Part shown: positions 12,647-25,234 of the stretch, piece after piece | How positions within the stretch are numbered: position 1 is the stretch's first letter | How the letters are laid out: every line of letters begins with the position of its first letter | Assembly: GCF_006345805.1 (NCBI RefSeq) | Contig: NC_042998.1 | Span: forward strand, 8,494,001 to 8,558,000 | Length of the DNA: 64,000 nucleotides | Source of the DNA: Octopus sinensis | Lineage: Eukaryota | Direction: 5' to 3' | Notes under the pieces: generated by a model | Told to the model about the DNA's origin: nothing | Database searches by the model: none | Seen by the model: only the letters and a program-made list of their open reading frames with translations | Made by a program: the position numbers and the translations under genes

Positions 12647-13248
12647 AACAACAAACAAGATGACGACAAATATCTGTCAAATGTAAATAATGTAAATAAT
12701 GTAAATTCTTCATGGTTCAAAACGTTGCTTATTTCTTAACCTCATATATATTTTTTAAGCACTCAATGTCAGTTGCAACCTTTTGGAGTGATATGTAAAG
12801 CAAACCATTGCTGACTGTCCTAAAATATTTTACTTTGAAATGAGAGTTTATATGCTTACCGCACTTTGTACATTTGATGCTTTAACAATAAAGATGTGAT
12901 TTTATACACAGAATTTGGATTTTGGGCCCGACAGGAACAGATCATACAGTAGGTAGAACAACCCGTTTGATTTTGATGAACGATAAGTCGATGTCAGCTT
13001 GGGAGTTTAATCTGGTACAAATCATTTTTGGCATGAAGGTTTTATTTATTATTTGAGAGAAATAGACTTAAAGAAAAGAAACCATTGTTATATTCAGAAC
13101 GCAATACATTTCCAACTACTTCGATAAAACGTTCATGTGTGAAAAGACACAAAAAATGATTTATATGCAGTTTTGTACCAGTTGAAATCACAAGTGTTAA
13201 GTAGCACTTTGAAGGCACCGAATAATAATAATAATAATAATAATAATG

Positions 13249-13302
<54 letters not shown>

Positions 13303-13340
13303 GTGTTATCATGTACATTGTTTTGTCTTGGTATAAAAGA

Positions 13341-13804
13341 TGGGCTACAGCAAATATTCTGCTCAATACCGCAGATTTGCTTGTCAGTTGTTTGACCTTA
13401 ACCAGTTGAGCATGTCCCTTAGTGGCTGACGATATGTGCATCTCTGATCACAGGCAGAAGTAACTGTGGAGCATCATAGCCATGTGTTGAGAGGGATTCT
13501 TTGGGGTTTGAATAATTCACCTCTGGAAACATGGGTGGTTCTTTCAACATCCTTAAACAACCCTTATTCAGGGACCGTTTGAGCGGGATGGGCTACTCAC
13601 TCACCCTGAAGAAAATTTCTAACTGGGCCCCACCTGCAAGGTCATGTGCTGTTTATCTTGATATGAGATCACCATGTTGCGCACATATGGTTGTGATGCA
13701 TGTGCCTGGTGTACCCTTATCAGACGGGTAGTCATGATGAGTATATTGGGCTTCGTATATTTTACTCCCGTGTCACTTTGATGGCATGAACTGCTCTCTC
13801 ACTC

Positions 13805-13875
<71 letters not shown>
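13341..13875 (+). mobile_element. SINE-like element (family D) with an (AAT)n tail
   Basis: About 460-bp repeat ending gctctctcactcaataat(aat)n; a second, inverted copy lies at 47573-47985. Confidence 0.7.
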
Positions 13876-13877
<2 letters not shown>

Positions 13878-14095
13878 TGTCTTAACTGGTACATCATACG
13901 TATTGAGAAGAGCATTGTCGATGTGAGAACTGTTGCTGCTCATGTATTTTAATTTAACTTTAAAAAAAAAAAATGAACGAACTATTGAGTTTGGTTTAAT
14001 GGCCTACAAATGTATACTATGAGTTTCTTTGCCCTAGGGGTCGGGAAGACACTCGGCAAGAAATGGAAGCAAATTTGAAAGATGGAAAAAAAATA
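13875..14095 (+). mobile_element. R4/Dong-type LINE 3' fragment within (TAA)n
   Basis: Matches the 3' end of the LINE at about 21465-21700 (IVLTGTS.VLRRALSM plus 3' UTR). Confidence 0.9.
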
Positions 14096-14185
14096 ACAAT
14101 AATAATAATAATAATAATAATAATATAATAATAATAATAATAATAATAATGATAATAATAATAGAGTTTACCTGCTTGCTCTTCG

Positions 14186-14221
<36 letters not shown>

Positions 14222-14769
14222 CTCTATCTATCTATCTCTCCCTCCTCTCCCACTCAGTCTTCAGTGCTGCTATAAGCATTCACCCGATAGAATGATTATT
14301 TTACGGCTCCCCAAAAATGTATAAGTCTTTTTCTATTACTTCAAGCTATGAAATTGTCTAAATGCTTGCTAAAACTTTGAGATGTTTATAGATTTATTTT
14401 TAACTACGATGTTATGTTCTATAGATAGATTCATTTATCTTAGCTATACTATATCCCACGTGTCGATGCTCCTCTCAAAAATTACCTCCCACCCGCCCCC
14501 AGGTATGTAAACTACCAGTCCAATCAAACAGCCTGTATTAGTAGACACAACAAGCCCGCTCTTCTATTTAGCGCCGCAGCAGCATCAGTAGCTAAACCAA
14601 CAGCCGTAAATCTACCATCATTTGTGGTCTAAAGAAATCAAGGGAGACAATATTAGGACCTCTAGGCCTTATAGTAATAATATAATTATAGTAATAATAG
14701 TGAAACTATAGTAGTGCACAAGTAAATAAGACAAGCATTATAATAATAATATAATTATTTACTCTTTTA

Positions 14770-15147
14770 CTCTTTTACTTGTTTCAGTCATTTGACTGCG
14801 GCCATGCTGGAGCACCGCCTTTATTCGACCAAATCGACCCCGGGACTTATTCTTTGTAAGCCCAGTACTCATTCTATCGGTCTCTTTTGCCGGACCGCTA
14901 AGTGACGGGGACGTAAACACACCAGCATCAGTTGTCAAGCAATGCTAGAGGGACAAACACAGACACACAAACATACATATATATACATATATACGACATG
15001 CTTCTTTCAGTTTCCGTCTCCCAAATCCACTCAGAGGGCTTTGGTCGGCCCGGGGCTATAGCAGAAGACACTTGCCCAAGATGCCACGCAGTGGGACTGA
15101 ACCCAGAACCATGTGGTTGGTTAGCAAGCTACTTACCACACAGCCAA
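14770..15147 (-). mobile_element. Family B SINE (tRNA-like head, internal TA/CA microsatellite)
   Basis: rc of ggctgtgtggtaagtagcttgctaaccaaccacatggttc...gcatggccgcagtcaaatgactgaaacaagtaaaagag. Confidence 0.85.
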
Positions 15148-15466
15148 GTGAAACTGTAGTAGTGAACAAGTAAATAAGACAAGCATTATAGTAATAATAG
15201 TGAAATTATAATAGTGAGCAAGTAAATAATTACCCAGAATGATAATTACCCAGATTGATTAACAAGTGGCGTTGTGAAACCGTCAAATCGTCAGCGGCTA
15301 AACAGGCAACCCCACTAAACTTACTTGGTGAGGAGGGTCGATTTTCGACAGATTGCGGAATTAAAAGCAAAACCCAGCAAAGGGCAGAGGAACTCAGAAG
15401 AGTCAATGGCCATTCCGAAAACGAGTAGACGGAACTCGTGACTCTTGGTTGGCAGTCTGTCTAGGA

Positions 15467-15667
15467 CAGTGGTTTTCAACCAGGGTTCCGCCAGTACAGT
15501 CCAGGGGTTTCGCAAGAACTTACAAAACTGCTAAAATCGGCAGTAATTTTAAATTCTCCTGTGCAGATATGTGTGCATAAGACTGTTAAATTATTGCACA
15601 GGGGTTCCTCGAGCCAGTGGAATGTTTCCTTGGGGTTCCGCTCCAGCAAAAAGTTTGAAAAGCACTG
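15467..15667. mobile_element. hAT (Charlie/Buster-like) MITE
   Basis: TIRs cagtggttttcaac / ttgaaaagcactg; perfect 8-bp TSD gtctagga at 15459-15466 and 15668-15675. Confidence 0.85.
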
Positions 15668-16250
15668 GTCTAGGAGAAGGAACACTCTGATTTAAAACTG
15701 GGGTAGATAGGACTCCTTAGTCACAATGGTGACAACCTGTCAGTGTCCAACGGTTCCATGCCTGGGATGAAGACAAATGAACCGCGAATCGGGACTTAAT
15801 TTCGTTGTAACGTTTGAATGAAGATACGGGACCAACTGACGCTCACTTGTCTCCTAGTGAGAATCATGATCATGGACCCTAACACAGAAATGCGAAGGGA
15901 ACAGGCCCAACTTAAGAGCTCTGCAGTTTTGGTTGATAACACCAGCAAGAAAATTTTTGCTAGTATTAGACGAAATGGTGCTCATAGGTAATTTGGGAGC
16001 ACTAATTGTGAATCTGCAATCATTTTTGTTCTAGCACGTCACGTGTATGCGCTATCATTATTATACTATCAAAATTACAATAATATGAAAATTCATGACA
16101 AATAAAATGAATGTTATGTTAAGCGTAAATTACCGTTATTTGGTATAAGAACAATAGCAAATAGGTGGACAAGTAGCTCTAAAACCAATAAAATACAAAT
16201 CAAAAGTGTAAAGTGAATATTATTAATTTTATGTTTTTCAAAAATAGAGA

Positions 16251-16305
<55 letters not shown>

Positions 16306-16322
16306 TAATAATAATAATAATA

Positions 16323-16326
16323 ATTA

Positions 16327-16375
<49 letters not shown>

Positions 16376-17976
16376 TTTTTTTTTCTTCTTTTAAATTTGC
16401 TTCCATTTCTTGCCGAGTGTCTTCCCGACTCCTAGGGCAAAGAAACTCATAGTATACATTGGTAGGCCATTAAACTAAACTCAATAGTTCGTTCATTTTT
16501 TTTTTTTAAGTTAAATTAAAATACATGGGTAGTAATAATTCTCACATCGACAATGCTCTTCTCAATACGTGTGATGTACCAGTTAAGACAATCTTTTGCA
16601 CTTCTTGCAGGGATAGTAAGCCAGGGATCATTCTCATATAATTTTCGGTTCCCTTCTTGATCATTCCTAGTGCTCCTACGATCACTGGTATTGTACCGCC
16701 TTGAGATGCCACATTTTCTCAATTTCAATGAGTAGGTCTTTATATTTTCTGAGCTTGTCAAACTCTTTCGCTGAGATATTATGATCACAGGGGATGCTCA
16801 TGTCGATCAATAAGCAAACTTTATTGTTTTGGTCTTTCACAACAATATCTGGTTTATTGGCCTTGATGGTTCGGTCTGTATGTACTGGAAAGTCCCACAG
16901 AATGGTTACATTTTCTCCTTCAGTTACAGCCCCAGGGTGGTTATTATACCACTTGTCGGCAGTTTTGATATTGTAATGCCGACTTATTAGCCAGTGTAGA
17001 TATTGGTCAACTCTGTCATGTCTTAATTTATACTCCACTGGTGCTAAGACTTTACATCCAGAGATTAGGTGGTCCACTGTTTCAATCATGTCGTTGCAGA
17101 ATCGGCATTTTGGGTCTGCTCCATTTTTCATCACATTGGCCTGGTAGTTCCGGGTTAATAGGCTTTGATCTTGAGCAGCCAGGATGAAACCTTCGCTCTC
17201 TGCTTTTAGCCCTGAGCTCCGTAGCCACTGATGGGTTTGCTTCTGGTCAACATCAGCTTGTTTGCTGCAGGCCACATATTTGCCGTGCAGAGGTTTCTCC
17301 TCCCACCTATCAGCCAATTGCTCGTGCGCTTTTTTCGTTGCCATTATTTTCACCTTCTTTGCAACAATAGTTGCCATACTTCCCTTGGGTTGTTCAGTTT
17401 GGGTATCCTGCACGAGATCAATAGCAACTTTTTTGCTTTCCTTGATGATAGAATGAAGCTTCTTTCGTCTCTCGTGATTTTCCACGAGTTTTAGCATCCA
17501 GTCATTCGTTATTTCAAGATATTTGGCCAGTCCAATTGTGGTTGTTTTGTAAGCTAGTTCAAATTGGATCAGGCCTCGACCTCCTTGGGCTCTGGGAAGG
17601 TAAAGGCGATCTACGTCTGCCTTTGGGTGGTGCATCCTATTACAACTCAGCAGCTTGCGTATTTCCTATCTATATTCTTTACTACACTCATATTCCAGTT
17701 CAACACATTGTAGCTATAAGTAACAACTGGAACTGCTAAGGAATTTATAGCTAACACCTTGTTACGTGCATTTAGTTCAGATTTCAGGACTGCACGAACT
17801 CTCCTATAACATTCCTTCCTGAACTTCTCTTTCATGCTTGCATGCTGAATACCAGAGCCTTCATTTATCCCTAAATATTTGTATGTTTGTTCTTGCTCAA
17901 GCTCTCTTATGACAGTGTCAATATCTAACACGACTTGCTCAAGCTCTCTTATGACTGTGACAATATCTAACACGAC
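16323..17976 (-). mobile_element. R4/Dong-type LINE, 5'-truncated copy
   Basis: ORFs 17647-17973 and 16682-17635 with CxxC..HxxxxC and the REL motifs RHD, KPDIVV and KY. (TAA)n tail; 42-bp duplication at the 5' end. Confidence 0.93.
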
Positions 17977-18002
17977 TTTATTATTATTATTTTTTTTTTT
18001 TT

Positions 18003-18173
18003 CAAATTTTCTTATGTTTTCTTAAACATTCTCTAGAATAACACTATGTACAAAACCAAATATATGGCACTCGAGGCATAACACCAACATGAACTTCGAA
18101 CTTGTTATCGCTTGAGGTCTCTGGGTTAGACTTGGAGCCAACTTGTACAAATGTAAAGCAAAAGTCAAACATA

Positions 18174-18215
<42 letters not shown>

Positions 18216-21200
18216 TAAGATACATAAATATAAGACACAAAGGAAATGAAGAATCAGATGAACAGTATAGCCCGTATATGAACAGTATATGAACAATATA
18301 AGACATAAATATAAGACACAAAGGAAATGAAGAATCAGATGAACAGTATAGCCCGCCACGAGGCTTAATTGAAAGACTGCCATCTGACCAAAGTACGCAA
18401 AGGCCTGAAGATACAAGAAATTCTATTGTACCTGTTAAAGATAGCCAGGAAAACGAAAAAACAACAGTAACTGAAGATCTCGCATTTGTGAAGAACACAG
18501 AGAGTCTATGGCAGAAATGAGGCAGAAAATCCTGAATACGCTTGAAGTTGTAAGACATGCAAGTATGAATGATAGAGAACCGCTTCATAATCTCTCAAAT
18601 ACAAACCAAAATAAAAAACAAATCCAAATTGGCAACTATGTAACAAATGAAATAATACGAGAATTAAACCTGATTTTACTGAGTTAAATGAAATTATTTA
18701 CGCTTCTGCTAGGGCAATTGAAACCAGCTGTATGCCCCGAAAAAACAAAGAAACAAAACCTGGGAAGAAATCAAACCTGGAGAAGTAAAATTGAAAAGAG
18801 ATTGAATTATGAGAGGGGAAATATCAATATTAAATGAAAAACTAATATGTGGAAATGATGTAAGATCCAGAACAGGAAGAAAGATGAAGAGAAAATTTGG
18901 ATCCTCACCAAGAGAAGAACTGATATCAATAAAAGAAACGCTGAAACAAAAAGTCCAAGCAAAAGCCCAAAGAATACGAAGATTTGAGAAGAGAAACAAG
19001 TTTTACAAGCAAAATAAGCTGTTCACATCCAATGCCAAAAAATTCTACAGAGAAATAGGGAAGGAGAAAGTAACCGTTAAAGATCCCCCTCCCATGGAAG
19101 AAGTTCAAAACTTTTGGGAAAGGATCTGGAGTGACAAGAAGACGTACAACATAAATGCAGACTGGATTATACAAACTGAAGGATCCTACCAAAATTTACA
19201 ACAACAAGCATGGGAAGACATCACAATAGCAGACCTAAGAAAGGCACTCACGAAGGCCCATAATTGGAAATCCCCGGTAAAGATAGGGTGCCGAATTTCT
19301 GGCTCGCATCGCTCCCGTGCGCACACGGTAAGCTAGTTCAGCTGCTCAATGGAATTTTGAGAGACCCAAAGAAAACACCTGAATGGTTAGCAAGTGGCAT
19401 TACTTACCTACTCCCAAAGAATAACGAAACCAACCTTCCAAAAAACTATCGGCCTATAACCTGTCTATCCACCACGTATAAAATCCTAACATCTATCCTG
19501 GCGGAGAAAACATATGCATTCATGGAGAAGAACGATATTTTCCCCATTGAACAAAAGGGTGCCGCCGAGGCTCTTACGGATGCAAAGATCAACTGCTAAT
19601 CAATCGTATGATCCTTGAGAACTGTCACAACAAGCGCAGAAATCTCAGCACCGCATGGATTGACTATAAAAAGGCCTTCGACAGTATACCGCATCCATGG
19701 ATCTTGAGATCGCTGGACATCTTTAAAATTTCCCCTGTGATTTCAAACTTCCTGAAGCACAATATGTCGTTGTGGAATACGAATCTCCAATTATACCACT
19801 CTAATGGAGTACTTGCCTCAGAAAATATAAACATCAACTGTGGAATTTTTCAAGGTGACTCACTTTCACCTTAATATTCTGCATAGCCCTAATACCCCTT
19901 ACAAGTGAATTAAACAGAACAGGGTATGGGTATAAAATTGCCAATAAAAAAATAAGCCATCTATTTTATATGGATGACTTAAAACTTTATGGTAAAGACA
20001 ATAATGAACTTGAAGGCCTATTGCGCACCGTGAAAGCATTCAGCGATGACATCGGGATGGAGTTTGGACTTGAGAAGTGTGCCAAGGCCACTTTCCAGAA
20101 AGGGAAAGTGAAGACCACAAATTCAGTCGTTAGATGTTGACACAGTCATAAGAGAGCTTGAGCAAGAACAGACATACAAATATTTAGGGATAAATGAAGG
20201 CTCTGGTATTCAGCATGCAAACATGAAAGAGAAAATCAGGAAGGAATGTTATAGGAGAGTTCGTGCAGTCCTGAAATCTGAACTAAATGCACGTAACAAG
20301 GTGTTAGCTATAAATTCCTTAGCAGTTCCAGTTGTTACTTATAGCTACAATGTGTTGAACTGGAATATGAGTGAAGTAAAGAATATAGATAGAAAAATAC
20401 GCAAGCTGCTGAGTTGTAATAGGATGCACCACCCAAAGGCAGACGTAGATCGCCTTTACCTTCCCAGAGCCCAAGGAGGTCGAGGCCTGATCCAATTTGA
20501 ACTAGCTTACAAAACAACCACAATTGGACTGGCCAAATATCTCGAAATATCGAATGACTGGATGCTAAAGCTCGTGGAAAATCACGAGAGACGAAAGAAG
20601 CTTCATTCTATCATCAAGGAAAGCAAAAAATTTGCTATTGATCTCGTGCAGGATACCCAAACTGAACAAACCGAGGGAAGTACGGCAACTATTGTTGCAA
20701 AGAAGGTGAAAATGATGGCAATGAAAAAAGCGCACGAGCAATTGGCTGATAGGTGGGAGGAGAAACCTCTGCACGGCAAATATGTGACCCGCAGCAAACA
20801 AGCTGATGTTGACCAGAAGCAAACCCATCAGTGGCTGCGGAGCTCAGGGCTAAAAGCAGAGAGCGAAGGTTTCATCCTGGCTGCTCAAGACCAAAGCCTA
20901 TTAACCCGGAACTACCAGGCCAATGTGATGAAAAATGGAGCAGACCCAAAATGCCGATTCTGCAACGACATGATTGAAACAGTGGACCACCTAATCTCTG
21001 GATGTAAAGTCTTAGCACCAGTGGAGTATAAATTAAGACATGACAGAGTTGGCCAATATCTCCACTGGCTAATAAGTCGGCATTACAATATCAAAACTGC
21101 CGACAAGTGGTATAATCACCACCCTGAGGCTGTAACTGAAGGAGAAAATGTAACCATTCTGTGGGACTTTCCAGTACATACAGACCGAACCATCAAGGCC

Positions 21201-21713
21201 AATAACCAGATATTGTTGTGAAAGACCAAAACAATAAAGTTTGCTTATTGATCGACATGAGCATCCCCTGTGATCATAATATCTCAGCGAAAGAGTTTGA
21301 CAAGCTCAGAAAATATAAAGACCTACTCATTGAAATTGAGAAAATGTGGCATCTCAAGGCGGTTACAATACCAGTGATCGTAGGAGCACTAGGAATGATC
21401 AAGAAGGGAACCGAAAATTATATGAGAATGATCCCTGGCTTACCATCCCTGCAAGAAGTGCAAAAGATTGTCTTAACTGGTACATCACACGTATTGAGAA
21501 GAGCATTGTCGATGTGAGAACTGTTGCTGCTCATGTATTTTAATTTTAATTTAACTTTAAAAAAAAAAAAAAAAAAAAATGAACGAACTACTGAGTTTGG
21601 TTTAATGGCCTACCAATATACACTATGAGTTTCTTTGCCCTAGGAGTCGGGAAGACACTCGGCAAGAAATGGAAAAAAATTTGAAAGAAGAAAAAAAAAA
21701 TAATAATAATAAT
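18003..21713 (+). mobile_element. R4/Dong-type non-LTR retrotransposon, near full length and frameshifted (RT + zinc finger + restriction-like endonuclease)
   Basis: Fragments NYRPITCLSTTYK, WIDYKKAFDS, GIFQGDSLSP, YMDD (read directly at about 19968-19979), KCRFC..ETVDHLISGC and LIDMSIP; (TAA)n at the 3' end. Confidence 0.95.
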
Positions 21714-22236
21714 GGTGATGATGATGATTTGAAGCTGAGTCTTCATCACAACTTATTCTTCATATACACAGCTATTTTTATCATGTTTTTATTAGCAAAA
21801 GAAAAACAGAACGCATCCTCTGCTGCGAGAAGATTAAGCAAGTCCCATTCAATTATCGTAAACTACGCGAAAAACAAAGTATTTTTATTAGAAAATAAGG
21901 AAACAACCATTGTTATTTTCTTTACGACTTGAATTCCAGCTTGATAAATGATAGTTTCTCGTGGCTGAAGTCCTATTCGTATTGAAAGTAACACATGGTA
22001 AGTATAAATAAGTTCTTTAAAGAGGCTTTGTAGTTTGATAAGAAAACGATTAGTGAAGACAATAGATTTTCCTCCTTGCTATTTATGATATGTTACAAGT
22101 AATCCTTTACATGGGTCGTTAGATTGACAGGGTCGTTATAGTTTCGTTAGAGTGTCGCTTAAATGCTTTGCAGTATATTTAGATAGAGATCTTTATGTCG
22201 AGGTATCATTCTGAGGTCGATATGTTTAATACCATA

Positions 22237-22330
22237 GGCGGCGAGCCGGCAGAAACGTTAGCACGCCGTTTGTCTATTCTTGTTTGTCCCCTCTGTGTTT
22301 AGCCCCTAGTGGGTAGTAAAGAAATAGGTA
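22237..22330 (+). mobile_element. Internally deleted family A SINE
   Basis: The head ggcggcgagccggcagaaacgttagcacgcc is joined directly to the tail ...gtgggtagtaaagaaataggta. Confidence 0.75.
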
Positions 22331-22794
22331 TGTTTAATACCAGCCAAATAGTGAAGTTAATATTATCGACTACAATCCCAAGCAAAAACGCTTAGCTGTA
22401 TGTCGTTTGTCTTTACGATCAAAGTTCAAATTCTACCGTGACTTATTTTACCTTTCATGTATTTTTTTTTTTTTTTGTGGGGGTTGATAAAATGACTACC
22501 AGTGGAGCATTGGGTCAAAGTAATTGACTACGCCATCCCCCGAAATTTCTGGCTTTGTGCCAAAATTTTAAACCAGTATTATCGATTGTACTCTCCTCCA
22601 CAAATCAATAGAGTTGATAAGACTTTTAATGACTATTTTTGAAACACTTTTTATCCATCCGCATGCTTAGGATTGTTAGCAAATTTTAACTACAAAAATG
22701 CGGCTAGAAAATTTGACTCATATTCTTTCTGCTTCTCTATCATTCCACTTATCTTTCTATTTTCTCTCCATTTTTCGTAACAATTCTTTTCTAT

Positions 22795-22966
22795 AGGCGC
22801 AGGAGTGGCTGTGTGGTAAGTAGCTTGCTAACCAACCACATGGTTCCGGGTTCAGTCCCACTGCGTGGCATCTTGGGCAAGTGTCTTCTGCTATAGCCCC
22901 GGGTCGACCAATGCATTGTGAGTGGATTTGGTAGACGGAAACTGAAAGAAGCCTGTCGTATATATG

Positions 22967-22997
<31 letters not shown>

Positions 22998-23205
22998 TTG
23001 TGTGTGTGTGTTTGTCCCCCTAGCATTGCTTGACAACCGATGCTGGTGTGTTTACGTCCCCGTCAATTAGCGGTTCGGCAAAAGAGACCGATAGAATAAG
23101 TACTGGGCTTACAAAGAATAAGTCCCGGGGTCGATTTGGTCGACTAAAGGCGGTGCTCCAGCATGGCCGCAGTCAAATGACTGAAACAAGTAAAAGAGTA
23201 AAAAG
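22795..23205 (+). mobile_element. Family B SINE, full length
   Basis: ggcgcaggagtggctgtgtggtaag...gaaacaagtaaaagag; near-identical copies at 29095-29505 and 49640-50053. Confidence 0.9.
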
Positions 23206-24152
23206 AGAGAGTATATATACAATTTCATTATCAAATAAAGATGGACTTCAAAATGAATTACTGACAAGATAGATTAGGATACTTCGCATACAAGAGGGTA
23301 ACTCAAGACTAGCTAAGTCTGTCACCTGGTCTTGATTTTCTCATTATGTGAGAAGAAAGAATGCGCGAAGGAAACGTATGGTTGTAAAGAACAGCTACTG
23401 ATCACCCAGACTATGATTGAAGACAGCAAAAATCTTATAAAATAGAGTGATGCGTCGACAGGATTATTAAATTGACTTCATTATTCTGCACAGGGGAATA
23501 TGATTGTGACCAAGTCATTTTTATGTGCTGTGTCTGTGCTTGGACGAAAATTTTAACGTCATGACTTTCCGTTTCACAGTCATGTGGGTATTCACTGGAA
23601 TTAGTAGCTAAATCTCACTCAAAAACCACCCTACAATTTTAATAAACGAAGTAGATATTAGATTAAAGATGCATGTCATAGGTCGGGTGTTTTTTATGAT
23701 AAATTTATTCAAACTGAGCTGACCTGGGGAAAAATAATAACAACATTCTAAGTATGATACATATGGTTATATATAAACATGCATGTATATACAAAAGATA
23801 TTTATATGTATATGTGTGTGTATGTACATATATATACATATATATGTATGCATTTGTATATATGTATATATATATAAGTATATATATGTATATACATATA
23901 TATATATATGTATATATTTGTATATGTATGCATTTGCATTTCTGTATATATGTGTATATATCTATCTATCTATATATATAAACAACCCTTCTTGTTTATA
24001 TTCGCATACTACATGATGAATTTATTCGTAAAATTCTTCCCGGCATGCCCGTGTAAATTTTGCGTCTGCGCAGAGATTTGAAAAGTTAAGATCTGCTAGT
24101 AGTCGGGTTTAACACATAGTCCCACATCGCTGCAGACCTCGATTAAATTCAG

Positions 24153-24232
24153 GCGACTCGCTGATGAAGCTGGCCTTAGCAAACATATTCTGTGTTTTGC
24201 TAGAAAGAAGCAGAAACCGCGGTACGAGTTGT
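24153..24232 (+). ncRNA. Type I hammerhead ribozyme, unit 1
   Basis: Stem I gcgactcg/cgagttgt; CTGATGA at 24161-24167; extended stem II (GCT/AGC plus hairpin TTAGCAAA..TTTGCTAG); GAAA at 24213-24216; palindrome ACCGCGGT; GUA triplet at 24222-24224. A.A apposition at the base of stem II. Confidence 0.75.
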
Positions 24233-24597
24233 TAAAGTTATCGGTAAACGTTTTTGATTTTCACTCTCGATAAATTCATCCCCTTTTTGTGTTCCCAGCA
24301 CTCGGCATCTTTATTTAGGAGCCCTTAATTGTATAACTACATGAATAATATTTTTCTATATGAATAATATTTTTGTCTTACGACTAATTCGTCTTTTGTG
24401 CTGGGCACCTGGTAGTAAATAATATTACTACCCTTCTTGTTTATATTCGCATACTACATGATGAATTTATTCGTAAAATTCTTCCCGGCATGCCCGTGTA
24501 AATTTTGCGTCTGCGCAGAGATTTGAAAAGTTAAGATCTGCTAGTAGTCGGGTTTAACACATAGTCCCACATCGCTGCAGACCTCGATTAAATTCAG

Positions 24598-24677
24598 GCG
24601 ACTCGCTGATGAAGCTGGCCTTAGCAAACATATTCTGTGTTTTGCTAGAAAGAAGCAGAAACCGCGGTACGAGTTGT
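24598..24677 (+). ncRNA. Type I hammerhead ribozyme, unit 2
   Basis: Identical to unit 1, shifted by 445 nt; predicted cleavage after 24669. Confidence 0.75.
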
Positions 24678-24782
24678 TAAAGTTATCGGTAAACGTTTTT
24701 GATTTTCACTCTCGATAAATTCATCCCCTTTTTGTGTTCCCAGCACTCGGCATCTTTATTTAGGAGCCCTTAATTGTATATC

Positions 24783-24819
<37 letters not shown>

Positions 24820-24971
24820 GATACACACATATTTATATGTATATGTACATGTATATGTAAAATATATATATATATACACACATGCGTATAATATATATAT
24901 TTATAATAATATAAATAATATATATGCATATATACATACGTATATGTACATACTTACATCTATACGTGTAC

Positions 24972-25013
<42 letters not shown>

Positions 25014-25234
25014 GCATATGTGGGCACAGGACGTCACTAAACGTGTACAACAAAAAATACGAACCACGAGTACATGGAGCATGAACTATTCTTTCGAACA
25101 ACAACAACAAAAAACACAAATGGAAACCAAAACAAACAACATAAAAAACTACCTTTCACCAGTTGTTCACTGTTTTTCTATATGTGTGTGCACTATTTGT
25201 GTAGCGGTAGAATTATTTACGGACAGAGTCAAGA

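Larger units (their letters stand above)
12349..12702. mobile_element. Penelope-like fold-back insertion (family P3) with a 15-bp TSD
   Basis: TSD aaattcttcatggtt at 12334-12348 and 12703-12717. Inverted arms about 12362-12538 and 12550-12702. Confidence 0.8.
11226..12750 (-). mobile_element. Mariner (DD34D) element, degenerate, interrupted near its 5' end by a fold-back insertion
   Basis: Transposase fragments FNVKQGRKAAETARDINETFG, CDEKRILY, HDNARPH and YSPDLSPADYHFF. Related TIRs at about 11226-11275 and 12703-12750. Confidence 0.9.
23986..24780 (+). mobile_element. Retrozyme-like tandem repeat: 445-bp period, about 1.8 units, one hammerhead per unit
   Basis: 23986-24335 appears identical to 24431-24780, with a 95-bp unique spacer. 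No ORF; TA-rich microsatellite on both flanks. Confidence 0.7.

Noticed and set aside
14491-14591. GC box, CCAAT, TATTTA and TCAGT cluster suggesting a Pol II promoter
   Set aside because: TATA-to-Inr spacing is only about 22 nt and no downstream exon was identified; such short motifs arise by chance.
22795-22870. tRNA-like sequences at SINE heads (also 25760-25825 and 38260-38323)
   Set aside because: They are SINE promoters followed by SINE bodies, not tRNA genes.
23986-24780. Interpretation as a CRISPR array or LTR retrotransposon
   Set aside because: Eukaryotic context; the repeats are 350 bp with no TG..CA ends, PBS, PPT or internal ORF.
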